A DNA stretch of 64,000 nt from Narcine bancroftii (lineage: Eukaryota): the NCBI RefSeq assembly GCF_036971445.1, contig NC_091469.1, positions 128,154,001 to 128,218,000 of the forward strand, read 5' to 3'. Position 1 is the first letter of the stretch; each line of letters opens with the position of its first letter. Below the pieces are notes generated by a model. The model had not been told where the DNA came from, searched no databases, and was given only the letters and a program-made list of their open reading frames with translations. Both the position numbers and the translations under genes were made by a program. This document shows positions 52,223-64,000 of this stretch, in pieces.

Positions 52223-54968
52223 TGTTATGTCTCTGTGTAACTTAGGAGGCTTCTTAAATAACTTAGAGATGCAAGATTCAAATAACAGAAGAGATTTTAC
52301 TTACTGATGTCTTCCACCATCTCAGGAAACTGTTCACACACACACCCCACAGTGGTGCACTACAGTTACTACAGTGAGAAGTTCTTATACGGTTACAAAA
52401 TAGTTCACATTATCCTAACTATATAACATCCCTCCTTCTCAGGATAAAGAAAAAATTTAGTGTTCTTTATCACTTTCTTTCTAGTGCAACTTAAGTAACT
52501 GAATTTGTGGACTAATTTATTTAATTATTTTTTAAAAGTTCTTATCGATATCACACTGGTGGCAGTATGATTCCTTCACAATCTTGTGCATTTGGCTGTG
52601 ACCATTGGGTGCTGTGTTGCTGGTGCATGTGTAAGTGATGTAGCTAGTGGTGCTTCACCTGACAACTGCTGTGTTGATGTTTCTGTATTAGTGGTTGTGG
52701 TCTCTTTACTTGATACCTCACTTGATATTGGTGTTGCAGGTTTTGCAGATATTAAAGCTTTCTGCTTCATCACATCTTGTGTCGGCCAGATGTGAATTCT
52801 GTTCCTCCTCAGCTGATTGCCAGAGTCTGTCTCAACAATGTACGATCTTGGTGTCTTAGCTTCTCTGATAACCTTTGCTGGGGTCCATGTTTTCAACATC
52901 AGCTCTTGAATATGCACATGCTGCGCTCTGAAGAGTTCTGGCAGTGTTTGAGCATGTTTGTTATAATGCTGGCGTCCTTCTTGCATGTCAGCCAGTCTTC
53001 TTCTGGTTTCCTCCTGGTCTTGGAGGGTGTATTTTGCTTAGCAGAGTTGTTTTGTATCTCCTGCCATTTAGAAGTTCTACCGGTGACTTCATGTCACCTT
53101 TAAAGGATTTACTCATAATGACAGAAGAGCGAGGTATGGGTCTTATTTTGTTTCGCAACACTTAACTAGTGTACGTTTCATAGTTTGCACTTGTCTTTCA
53201 ATGAATCCAAGAACTTTGGGGTAGTAGGGGGATGACGTAGTGATAGCAAGCCCATACCCTGCAGACAGATTTCTGAATTCTTGTGATGTGAACTATATTC
53301 TACTGTCACATATTTTTGATGAATGGAAACAGTAACAAGCTACCATTAAATACCACCCTTGATTCTTGATGAACAAGCTTGCTCCCACTGTGTGCCATGG
53401 CCTGGCAGGTACTTCTGTGGAAATCATTTCCTCTTTTTGTTGTGTTTCTGTTGATGCTTTTAGATATCTTCTTCGACTGGATCTCATAATTGACAGAGAT
53501 CTTCAGCAACTCTTGGCAGCTATACAGACCTAGAATTGCTGGCCTGTCTGCATCTACCACGTAGAATATACAGAGCATGTTCTTTCCCTTATGGCAGCCA
53601 TTGATCTTAGCTCTCCCTGACTGCTTGATCATAAGTCCACCATAGGCCTATGAAGTAACATTTGCTATTTTCAATCCACTGTCTTTCGGATATCCTTTTA
53701 TTATGTTCTCTGGGAATATCTGGCACTAGAGTCTGAGTGGAAGGACGTTCCTTTGTGATCCAGTATCCAGCTTCACCTTTGGTTAAACATCGTAGGCTTG
53801 TTCTGAATTGTTCCCTGTATTTGGATCCTTGTGTGCAACTTGCTTACTTCTTTCATCTTACCCAACATCTCGTAAAGGTGTATGGATTCCATGTCCAGTA
53901 TCTGGGTGTCAGAATCTTCATTGTTTCTTTTTGCGGTAGATCTTCTTCTTGTCTTTTTTCTTCACTGGTATTACTGTTTTCTTCATTTCAGACTTGCACA
54001 TCTTCGCCCAGTGGTTTACTTTACCACAGGCTCTACATTCAGTTGTTTCGGTCATCGAAGGGTTGTTGTCTGCCACATTTCCTCCAAGTCTTGGGGGTTT
54101 GCACTTTTCTGATTGTGTTCTTTATAGCATCAACCCTTCCCTCTCTTTGCTGGGGTGGGTCTGCATAGATAAGGATTTAATTTGCATCCTCGTGGCTTCG
54201 AAGGCTCTGGCTGTGTCTATAGTTTCAGCCAGTTTCAAGCAATCCTTCCCTACAAGAGACTTTTGCACTATGGGATAGATACTCCCCCATATTAATTGAT
54301 CAACTAATCTTTCCTCTATATCCTTAAATCTGCATTTTGCAGCAACAATTTTTAGTCTAGTGAGGACGTTATCAACAGTTTCATCAGTTCTTGCATTAAG
54401 CCTTGAAATTCATAGCATTTAATTTTATGATTAGTCCTGGGCTCAAGGTGAGAAGCAAACTTTGCAAATATCTGCTCTGGATCATTTTTCTCCACCTCTG
54501 TAAGCTTCCAGCTATTAAATATGTCAAGGCCTCGCTCCCTTGTCCAGAGAAGTACATAACTGGCCCTTTCCTTTGCTGTTGCATTTTTAAAATAGCTTTA
54601 GAATGATCTCTTCAGCCTCCCCGTCCATCACTGGGTGAACTGCTGTGGCTCCAGCCATTTTTTTCAGTAATGTTTTTTCTCTTCTTCCCCTTCGTATTCC
54701 CCTTCCAATCAATTGTATGGCTTTATTCTTGTTCTCTTATACCGCTGCCACCATGTTGTGTCTCTGAGTTATTTGGGAGGCTTCTTAAATAATTTAGAGA
54801 TGCAAGATTCAAATAACAGAAGAGACTTTACTTACTGATGTCCTCTGCCATCTCTGTAAATTGTTCACACCCCCACATATACATACACCCCGTAGTGGCG
54901 CTCAACAGTGAGAAGGGTATGTTCTTATTTGGTTACAAAATAGTTCACATTATCCTGACTATATAACA
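52223..54968 (-). mobile_element. Gypsy LTR retrotransposon, internally deleted (gag, protease and integrase remnants; no RT/RNase H seen)
   Basis: LTRs at 54754-54968 and 52223-52428 (TG...CA). PBS TGGTGGCAGCGGT. PPT gagaaggaggga. TSD attcc/attcg. Gag knuckle CRACGKVNHWAKMC, protease KLDTGS, integrase PARPWHTVG and TSSPYYPK, C-terminal PRSYIVET...LRRNRIHI. Confidence 0.93.
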
Positions 54969-55564
54969 ATTCGCAAGTACAGATCAGTTATTAAATGGGT
55001 CAAACCCATAGTTAATACTGTTAAGATCTGGCGGGAGGGGACTCATTTTGATCTTCAGCAACATTTTCAAAATACAGATGGTAGTGTGTTTGCTGAACAT
55101 GCTACAGTAGATTCTCAGATCAATATTGATGTATGTACCAACTTTGCTATTGAATATATAAATAGGTGAGTGGATTGAGTTATATCACAGAAGAAAATTA
55201 AAATATCTGTGAACCAGAAAGTGTACAGTGAGGTCCGTTGCTTGATTAGAGGCAGAGACTCGGCCTTTAGAGCTGGAGACCAAGAGATATATCGTTTGGC
55301 CAGGTCCAACTGAAAGAGGGAAATACAAACAGAAGATTGAGGAGCACTTTGTATCTTCGGACTCCAGTGCACGTGGCAGGGTATTCAGGTTATCACAGAT
55401 TATAAATCATTTTGTACAGCACCTGTTTCTAGCTGTGATCACTTAAAATTCTCTGAAGTGTTTAATTACTTCGCTCAAGAAAATAAGGACATCCCTTTCA
55501 AGGTTCATCCTTCACCGGATGAAGGACCTCTCTCATTTTCTATTATGGATGTATGGCCATCCTT

Positions 55565-57040
55565 AGTAGGGTGAATGTGCAGAAGGCAGCTGGTCCGGAT
55601 GGCATTCCTGGTTGAGTGCTTAAGCAGATCAGTTAGTAGAGGTTTTTACAGATATTTTTAATATGTCCTTAGCCAAGGCTGTTTTAAAATGGCTACAATA
55701 GTGCCTGTGTAAAGTGGTCTACCGCCAGGAGTCTGAATGATGACCGTCCTGTTGCACTTACTCCCCTCATCACAAAATGTTGTGAGAGGTTGGTTTTATC
55801 TCATATTAAATCTTGTTTGCCTGCCACTATGGATCAACATCATTTGCCTACCTTGCTAATAGGTCGACAGAGGATGCCATTTCAACACTATTACACTCTA
55901 CTGTGACTCACCTGGATAGACCGAACTCTTATGTAAGATTACTATTTATTGATTACAGTTCAGCTTTCAACACTGTTGTACCATCATAGCTGATAACCAA
56001 ATCTTGTACATATGGTATCAGCTCATCCCTTTGTAATTGGATTCTAGATTTCCTTACTTACAGACCCCAGTATTTTCTCCTCCAATATCACCTTGAACAC
56101 CAGGATGCCCCAGGGTTGCATGCTGAGCCCCCTTTTGTATTCCACCTTTACCTTAGGCTGCGTTCCTATGTACAACTCAAACTTAATTATAAAGTTTGTA
56201 GTAAGCCTGATCACAGGGGACGATGAAATGGCCTATAGGGGTGAGGTTCAGCGCCTAGTGGGGTGCTGAAAACAATTTATTATTCAATAACCAGAAGACA
56301 AAAGAGATCACTGTGGATTTTAGACGGGTGGGAAGCTGCCCGATTTACATCAATGGAGCGGTGGTGGAGCGGTTACCAGGCTTCAAATTCCTGGGCGTCC
56401 ATATCTCTGATGATCTCACGTGGTCTTTGGATTCATTAATGTTGATCAAAAAGGCAAAACGACGTCTTTATTTTTGGAGATGTATGAGGAAGATACACTT
56501 CCGTCCCAGAGTGCTGTTGGATTTCTACAGATGAACTATTGAGAGTGTGCTGACATGCAATATTTTGGCATGGAACGGGATTTGTTCTGCACAAGATAGG
56601 AAGGCTCTCCAGCGGGTAGTGAAAGTGCCCAACGGATTGTTGGAATGCAATTGCCTACCATCGAATCTATCTATGGGGGACAATGTTTGGACAGGGCGAG
56701 GAATATCATTAAAGACGCAACGCACCCTGACCATGAACTATTTACTCTCCTACAATTGGGCAGACACTGTAGGAGCCTTCGCTCGACAACTACCAGACTT
56801 AAAAAGAGCTTTTTTCATAAAGCTGTGATAATGTTAAATATTAATTCACGGCATGGAACAGTGCTGAACTTATATTTCAGACTCACCGTTTTTTTTTTAA
56901 CCAAATTATTTTAGTGTATTGTGGTCTTATTGCATATGGTTTATTGTGTGTTTTTTGTTGTATTGTATTCTATTCTATTTTATATTTCCGTTGATGTTTC
57001 ATTGGCTGGTATACCAGCACAATGACAATAAGAAATATCA
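55565..57040 (+). mobile_element. Rex1/Babar LINE, degenerate RT to 3' end
   Basis: [49 protein letters not shown] and IIKDATHPDHELF. Confidence 0.92.
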
Positions 57041-57440
57041 TCATTATCAAATACAATTAGCTTCCAACCAGAAGTTTTTAAAAAATGGTGCTATATACAA
57101 ATAACACTCTCTCAGACCTTTGCTGTAGCTATATTTCAATATTCTTAGCCCCAAATCCTAGACAGTTTGCCTTGTCCTACTCTTTGCTAAGTGGGCAAAA
57201 TCCAAAACTTTGCTGCCCAGATCCTATTCGGCCATCATCCATGTTCGCTGCCAGTGCCATCGCCTGGATAGAAAACATGTTTAATATTTCCATTTTCCCC
57301 ATGATCTCACTCCTCTTTGACTCTAATCTCTCCCTCAGCTCTAGAAACCTCAGATATTTGGTGCTCCTCAAATTCTTGTCATTTGTTCATCCTGAATTGT
57401 AACAGTTCCCACCGCTTCAGCTGCACTGGATCTAATCTCT

Positions 57441-57585
57441 GGAATTCCTGGACCGACCGACCTCTCAGTGCGCTGAAAGACTAACAGGTTTCGGGCAGAC
57501 TATAGAGCGTCTTTCACCGAGTTGATGGCCTTCCAGTGGTTCTAGATATTGGACTCAGTGTGTCCCCAGCAACGGTCCATAGATC
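57441..57585 (-). mobile_element. Tx1-type LINE fragment (inverted copy of part of 59920-60700)
   Basis: Reverse complement aligns by eye with 60284-60420. Confidence 0.75.
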
Positions 57586-57721
57586 TTCTTTCAAGAATCT
57601 CCTTAAAATTTAACTGTAACCAGGCCACTCCAGGTCAACCACCAAAATAGCTTTTATGCACTTTTAAAATTTTTACCTTTGATTTATAGCACGGGAGAAG
57701 CCGATTCCACCACTTCAAACA

Positions 57722-57965
57722 TGCCATTAGTATATTGGGTCCAGAAAAGATCCTCTGAGATAATGACTTCCAAGAACTTAAATTTGCTCACCATCTCCAC
57801 CTCAATGGATTGTCCACCTCTGGCTTTCCCTCCATGAAGTCAACAATCATCTCTTTAGGGAGTCAGGAGGGTGGGAGGAAACTGGAACACCCAAAAGAAA
57901 CTCAAGCAGACATGGGGAGAATATACAAACTCTTTACAGACAGCATCAGATTCGAACCTGGATCG
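57722..57965 (-). mobile_element. Rex1 fragment plus V-SINE fragment
   Basis: Antisense FKFLG motif (ccaagaacttaaatttg), then gtgggaggaaactggaacacc...acatggggagaatatacaaactc. Confidence 0.65.
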
Positions 57966-58224
57966 CCGTGGAGTACCAATTGATAACACCTCTGTGATGT
58001 GGCTTTGGACACGTCACAGTAAAAAGTGCCACATAAATGGAACTTGTGTTCAGCAGGTATAGATTCAAATTGAAAATGAAGAACAAAGCCCAATCTACTT
58101 TGATGATAGTAAGATAACTAACAATTCTCCAAATCCAATTTAAAGAAATCTTTCAAACTGGTAGGACTTTGAATATAAACCAGTTTATTCTGAGTTTTGA
58201 AATGAAAACTTCATTGCTTTGTGT

Positions 58225-59352
58225 CAACATTCAAAAATTCAAGACCTTGGACTCAACGCCCCACTGTGTAATTGGATCATGGATTTCCTCACCTCCAGAC
58301 CATATTCAGTGAGGATTGGCAAGAACATTTCCTCCAGAATCTCCATCAGTACCGGAGAACCATGGAACTGCATTCTTAGCCCCCTACTCTACTCACTTTA
58401 CATCTACAACTGTGTGGTTCAACATGACAATAACACCATCTACAAATTTGCCTAGGATACCACAGTAGTGAGTTGCATAAAGAAAGGTGACGAGTTAGCA
58501 GACAGGAGGGAGATTGAAAACTTAGCTGAATGGCGCACCAACAACCACTTTGCACCCATTATCACCAAAACTAAAAGAGATGATTGTTGACTTCAGTAAG
58601 GGAAAGCCAGAGGTGGACAATCCATTGATCACTGGGGGAATCAGAGGTGGAGAAGGTGAGCAAATTGAAGTTCTTGGAAGTCACTATCTGAGAGGATCTT
58701 TCCTAGACCCAACATACTAATGGCATCGTGAAGAAAGTACGTCAGCAGATCCACTTCCTCAGGAGTTTGCAGAGGTTTAGTATGACACCAGAATCCCTGG
58801 CAAATTTCTACAGATGTATGGTGGAAAGTATGCTGACGGGCTGCATCACGGTCTGGCAAGTGGATACCATTATCCCTGAGCGTAAAGCCCTCCAAAAGGT
58901 AGTAGACACACCTCCGGACATCACAGGCAAATTCCACCCCCCCCCACCCCTCCCCCCCCCATTCTCGAGAACATCTATAGGGAATCAAAGAGCAGCAGCA
59001 ATCATCAAGGATGCACGCCATCCATCACACGCTCTGTTCTCACTGCTGCCATCAGGAAAGAGTTATAGGTGCCACAAGATTCGCACCACCAGGTTCAGGA
59101 ACAGCTGCTTCCCCTCCACCATCTGACTCCACAACAACAAACTCAATCAGGGACTCATTTAAAGAGTCTTATTTGAACAGTTTGATTTTTGTTTAATTCC
59201 CTCTGTATTGCACAGTTTACATTCGTTATTTGTTTACAGTTTTGTACCTTTTTTTTGCACTACCAATCAGTTGTAATTCTCTGCCAGCCCGCAGGAAAAA
59301 AAATCTCAGTTGTACGTGATGTCATGTATGTACTCTGACAATAAATCTGATA
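58225..59352 (+). mobile_element. Rex1/Babar LINE, 5'-truncated
   Basis: LCNWIMDFLTSRP, IYKFA*DTT, FYRCMVESMLTGCITVW and HPSHALFSLLPSG. Ends in ctctgacaataaa. Confidence 0.92.
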
Positions 59353-59699
59353 CTTATGAACTTGAAGTCAAGATGGCAATTCTGTTATTAATTCAACATA
59401 ATATCATATAAATGCATTAATTGAAACATGCAATAATAGGACATGTCTCAGCTGATTTTTAAAAAAATCATAATGACCCGAACAAATAACCTAACTCTTT
59501 CCCTGTTTCTTGCTTTGCTTGAAACAAAGAGGATGGGGAGGGGGGTGGGGGGAGGGAGAGAAGAAGGTTTGCGCTCACAACCTCATGAGCTTTATTGCTA
59601 TTTAATTGTCAGAAGCCTGACAGCCTCCCACAAACAATAATATGATAATGATCGGATAGTCTCACTTTTAGTGCTAATAAAATTATCAACATTAGTAGT

Positions 59700-59895
59700 T
59701 AATTCATCTCCACTTCAAAGCAGTGCAGTGGGATTTTTCATGAGGGTACAGATAGGGCTTTAGTTTGACATCCCTGAATCAAGATGATGGTTCCTATTGT
59801 GCAACTCTCTTCCTCCACTGCACTCATAAGACAGGCAGATTTCTTGGAATTTGAACCATAATCTTCTCACTTTGTCAGAAGTATTGCAGAGTCAA
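59700..59895 (-). mobile_element. Old tRNA/Deu-type SINE remnant
   Basis: gtgggattttt...tttgacatcc...gtgcaactctcttcctccactgcact...ttgaaccataatcttct resembles an antisense chondrichthyan Deu-SINE (from memory). Confidence 0.4.
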
Positions 59896-59919
59896 AGGGT
59901 TTCAGAACAACACCTTTAA

Positions 59920-60702
59920 CTACACGGCCATCAGGCCATCATGGACTGTCCTGCAGAAGCTGAGAGATGGGGAGTTGATGGATCCAGTGGAATGGTGCCC
60001 TGAGAAGACTGTCCAGGTCATATGGTGGAATGCCTCATTGCCAGGGCTCACTAACAAGCACTAGGACTTGGCCTGGCTGGCAGTGAGATGATCGCTCCCA
60101 GTGAGATTCTTCTTGGACAACCAGAACATCACCCTCCATGCACGTTGTCCTTAGGACAGCTCCAGTGGAATGGAGACTGTCACGCACCACTTTGCTGAAT
60201 GCAGATTCGCAAAGATTGCGTGGAGAAGGATGCAGGGGGCATTGTCACAGTTCGTTCCCAGTGGCAGCATGACAGAGGACTTTGATCTACGGAGTATTCC
60301 TGGGGACACACCAAGTCCAACATCCAGAACCACTGGAAGACCATCAACTCGGTGAAAGACGCTCTATAGCCTGCCCGAAACCTGTTAGTCTCAGCGCACT
60401 GAGAGGTCGGTCCAGGAATGCTGCTGACTGGTGCATTCTAGGCTGCAGGAGTACATGTCGAGGGACGAACTGAGGCTTGGTGCAGCCAACGCAGTCACTG
60501 AGGGGCTGACACCGAGGGGAAACCCCTTATCCAACAGAGGGGGGAGAAATGACAAGATGCCATAGTGGTGATAACAGAGTGTTTAGAGAAGAATGAAAAA
60601 TGTACAATGATGAGAATGTACTGATATGAATGCAAAAAGTCTTGAACAGTTTCCTTGTATTGTAAATAATTTATTGAGAATAAAATATATTTTTTGGAAA
60701 AA
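59920..60702 (+). mobile_element. Tx1-type LINE 3' end
   Basis: C-terminal Cys/His motif ETVTHHFAEC, WRRMQGALSQFVP and tggaagaccatcaactcggtgaaagac. Ends in gaataaaatatattttttggaaaaa. Confidence 0.8.
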
Positions 60703-61769
60703 GAAATTGCAGAGTCACAGGGGACATGATATTGAGAGTCCACCTGAACTGGGGCAGCTGGAGTAAACACACATTTGAAAAATCTGGCCCAAACTTGGTA
60801 TATTCACAAAATTTTTATCAGCGGATATGCTGGAAGAACTTAAGAGCATAAAGATGTTCAGATATATAACAATAATGTCTTCCAAATACTGCAAACACCA
60901 AACCAAGTAATTTGCTTGTGCCTATGTATTTTATCTGGTGCACAAATGCAGGTCATAGCAACCCAGAACAGAGCAATGACAAATAAATAGGGAAATAGAC
61001 AAAAGTTTTGATTTGTTTCATTTTTGAACTTGCCTTATGGTTCAGTGGGCTTGAATTTCCACAATCACTGCAGTGCGAGTATCAATGCAATGTCCAGTCA
61101 TATGATCAACATAAAATGAATTATGCAATTCAACCTTTTGCCACAGTCTCATCTTTCATATAAATGTGCAATCTCCCTGCTCTGATTGACATTAAACACA
61201 AAGGAAAGACACCATCATCCTTGTTTGTCCTTCTCTATGATATCGATTATAGTCTCTCTATCTTTTACAAGCTTACTACTATGGATTTATTTTCTCCATT
61301 TCTTTTAGATTAACTTTAATTTTAGTCTAACCTGCAAGTCAACAGCCTATCTTGCAGTTCAAACCAAACCATCATTTCAGTCACCAAAATTAACCATTTC
61401 CCCACAATTAGGGCTTTTATAAGTCATAAAATCAAAGCTCAGACATGTCCTTAATTAAAGGTCTTGAAAGACATTAAGGTTTATAGACAGCAGACTGAAC
61501 AGGAATTATTAAAGGCATGTGATCTATAAAAGAGATTGTGCAGCAAAGAAGATTATCTCTAAAACCTCCTTCAGTGTGAATGGGCTGTCAGATTCAACAG
61601 ATAAATCTAACATTTGTGTTTCTAGTGAAACTGCCTAATTTATAAAATATATGCAGTTTTGCAGGTATTTCTTCTTCCAACCTCCAGACTATAAAAAAAA
61701 CCCACTGCAGGTGATCAGCATGGGAACCTGAGACTGACATCTGGCAGGCATGATTTTTATATTGTGCTT

Positions 61770-62140
61770 GTAGAACCTCAGATCATTACAGCAAAATATA
61801 CCGACCCTTCTAGTCTGTGCCAAACGATTATTCTGCCTCGTCCCACTGACCTGCATCCAGTCTAAAGCCCTCCATACCTCTCCCATCCATGTACCTGTCC
61901 AAATCTTTCTTATGTGAAAATCAAGACCCCTTTCACCACTTCAGCTGGCAGCTCATTCAACACACCCACAACTCTGGGTGAAGAAGTTCCCCCCTAAATA
62001 TTTTCTCTTTCACCCCTAACCCACGTCCTTTGGCTTGTATCTCACCAAACCTCAGTGGGAGAAAAAGTCCAACTTGCATTTACTCTGGCAATACCCCTCA
62101 CAATTTTGAATACTTCTATCAAATCTCCCTTCATTCTTCA
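61770..62140 (-). mobile_element. CR1 3' fragment
   Basis: Antisense CR1 end (ctctcccatccatgtacctgtcc; gtgaagaagttcccc; tctatcaaatctccc). Confidence 0.82.
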
Positions 62141-62279
62141 GGGTTGTTCATTCTACTCCTCAGATCTGGATAAGGCAGATGAAAAACCTTTTTTTAAAAA
62201 ACCTGGCTATGTACCAGTTATACACAGAACAAACATGTATTCAGCTGGCAAGGATCCTAGGGAAACTTCCTATCTCTGT

Positions 62280-62492
62280 GGGGCAGCACAGTTAACATAG
62301 GGGTTGGTGCAACGCTGTTACAGTGCCAGCAACTGGGATTTGGATCCAGCGCTGTCTCTAAGGAGCTTGTACATTATCCCCGTGTCTGCGGGGGTTTCCT
62401 CTGGGTGCTCTTCAAAAACTTACTGGTCAATTAGGTGGCATGGACTCATGAGACAAAAGGGCCTGTTACCATGCTGCATGTGTAAAAAAAAA
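62280..62492 (+). mobile_element. tRNA-derived V-SINE/HE1-type SINE
   Basis: ggggcagcacagttaac head, V-domain aaggagcttgtacatt.tccccgtgtctgcgggggtttcctctgggtgctc, CR1-like tail aagggcctgttaccatgctg and an A-run. Confidence 0.8.
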
Positions 62493-64000
62493 TTGTCAGA
62501 TGAAGTTGTAATTGCTTTCAGGCTTTACTATACGGGAGAATAGGGAGCAGAAACTAAATTCCAGGGGCTTCCAGCACTTGCTCATTCTGTACCTCGAAGT
62601 GTTAGAAGACACATGTTAGAAAGGCAATGAACTTTGCTAAGCAGGTTATCTAACAACCAGCCACATATAGAGGAAAGGATCAGAAGCTGAAATCCCTTTC
62701 TGAAAATTGACCGATGGAGGCAGCAAGCACATGATGGGCAGCAAAACAGACCAGTGAGTAGAGTTGCTGCCTCACAGCTCCAGTAATCCACATTCAAAGT
62801 TGACTTCCAGTAGTGTCTATGTGCATTTGCATGTTGTTCCTGTGATCGGGCAGGTTTCTCTCAGGTGCTCCAGCTACTGAACATATCACAAAAATATCCA
62901 ACGAGAAGATGCCTCAGAAGATTGGTCAGCGGTAGAATCTTTGGGGAGATGATAGGAATGCCTGAGACTAGGTTTCAGTGAAAAGTTAGTCAGGGAAAGT
63001 TCTGTGATGGGTCGTAATGTTGTGAGGAAATATAGAAGAAAAATAACTCGTTTAAGAATAAAGCAATATATTTGTTTCCATCCGGTGCACACCATCGACC
63101 TTATCCACTGCACTGGAAGAGGAAGAGAGACAATAAGTCTACACAAGCCTTCTCTGGACGTGACTGTAATTCAAGCTGGTATATTCTACTAGTTCCAGGC
63201 ACTAGTGAATCATTTAATGTTCTCTCCAACCAACACAAAGCCCACAGTCAAAATAGCCTGGTCTATAGGGGCATGGCAAAGGCTGCAATGACAAATGAGA
63301 CTACTCCCAAGATGTACAATGATATTGGGCAGTAATTAGATTCCATGATTACATTCCATTAAGAATGACAGGTGATGTCAAGATGAGTGTTAGTCAAGGG
63401 ATCCTATCCAGAATGTTGACTGACCATTCTTCCCATGGATGCTTCCTGGCCCACTGAGTTCTTCCGGCTTCTCATTGTTTGATTCCAGCATCTGCGATTT
63501 TTGAGTTTATCACAACATCAGGGCACACGAGTTCAGGTTCATCAGATGAAGCAGACTTCTTAAACTATGCACTCTGGGTTTTTTTTAAGCAGGGAGGGCA
63601 GGGGAGACAGAGACACGAGTGGCCCCTCCACAGACCATACACCCTTGCATGCTGTGCTTTAAGCACCAAAACTGTGACAAGTAGATGTGTGTATCCCTTG
63701 TGGTGATGAATTTCACACTATTTTTAACGGCCTTAATGAACTTACATTTGGAATGCCAGGCATGCTTAAAAAATTAAACCTAGTATTTCAAAATGATATT
63801 TAAATTGGCTGTCAAAGAATGCAATGCTCCATGAAACAAAATCTGGACACTCACTTAACCTGGTCTTTTATTTACAAGGATTGCAGTGTTAACAGGCATG
63901 AAAAGCAGTGAAGGACACAAGCAGCCAGAAAATGAAGGAAAATCTCAAACTTTAATGAACTTTGAGATCAGGATTATCACAGCAGCATCTCTAAATGTTC

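Noticed and set aside
55115-55372. QSAP motif suggesting the upstream MAST exon (GQSAPSLT)
   Set aside because: Surrounding residues (KIQSAPQSSV) do not match the MAST sequence, and there is no suitable donor.
62280-62492. Possible tRNA gene
   Set aside because: Degenerate tRNA-derived SINE head followed by a V-domain and LINE-like tail; no cloverleaf.

Overview
Eukaryotic, AT-rich, repeat-dense vertebrate DNA. The mix of CR1/HER1-type LINEs, V-SINE/HE1-type SINEs, Rex1, L1/Tx1, Penelope ends and RTE points to a cartilaginous fish, possibly a ray (inference). Most of the window is intronic or flanking sequence of a minus-strand MAST-family kinase gene. Two micro-exons that the ORF track misses are visible: an ATG-initiated exon at 44665-44703 (MDESSILRRRGLQ) and a 32-bp exon at 3404-3435 (KELSLPRRGS+2 nt). 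They have canonical splice sites, are in phase, and are separated by a 41,229-bp intron. The best guess is MAST4, but MAST2/MAST3 are not excluded. The rest is decayed or nested TEs: CR1, Rex1, L1, Tx1 and RTE LINEs, two internally deleted Gypsy-type LTR elements, solo LTRs, hAT and Tc1/pogo-type MITEs, and SINEs. There is also a near-perfect 10 x 28-bp minisatellite and a 160-N gap. I found no convincing novel multi-gene system. The most interesting leads are uORFs in the MAST leader, candidate extra first exons and the nested LTR structures. TE family names come from remembered motifs, not database searches, and TE boundaries are approximate unless a TSD or TIR is quoted.
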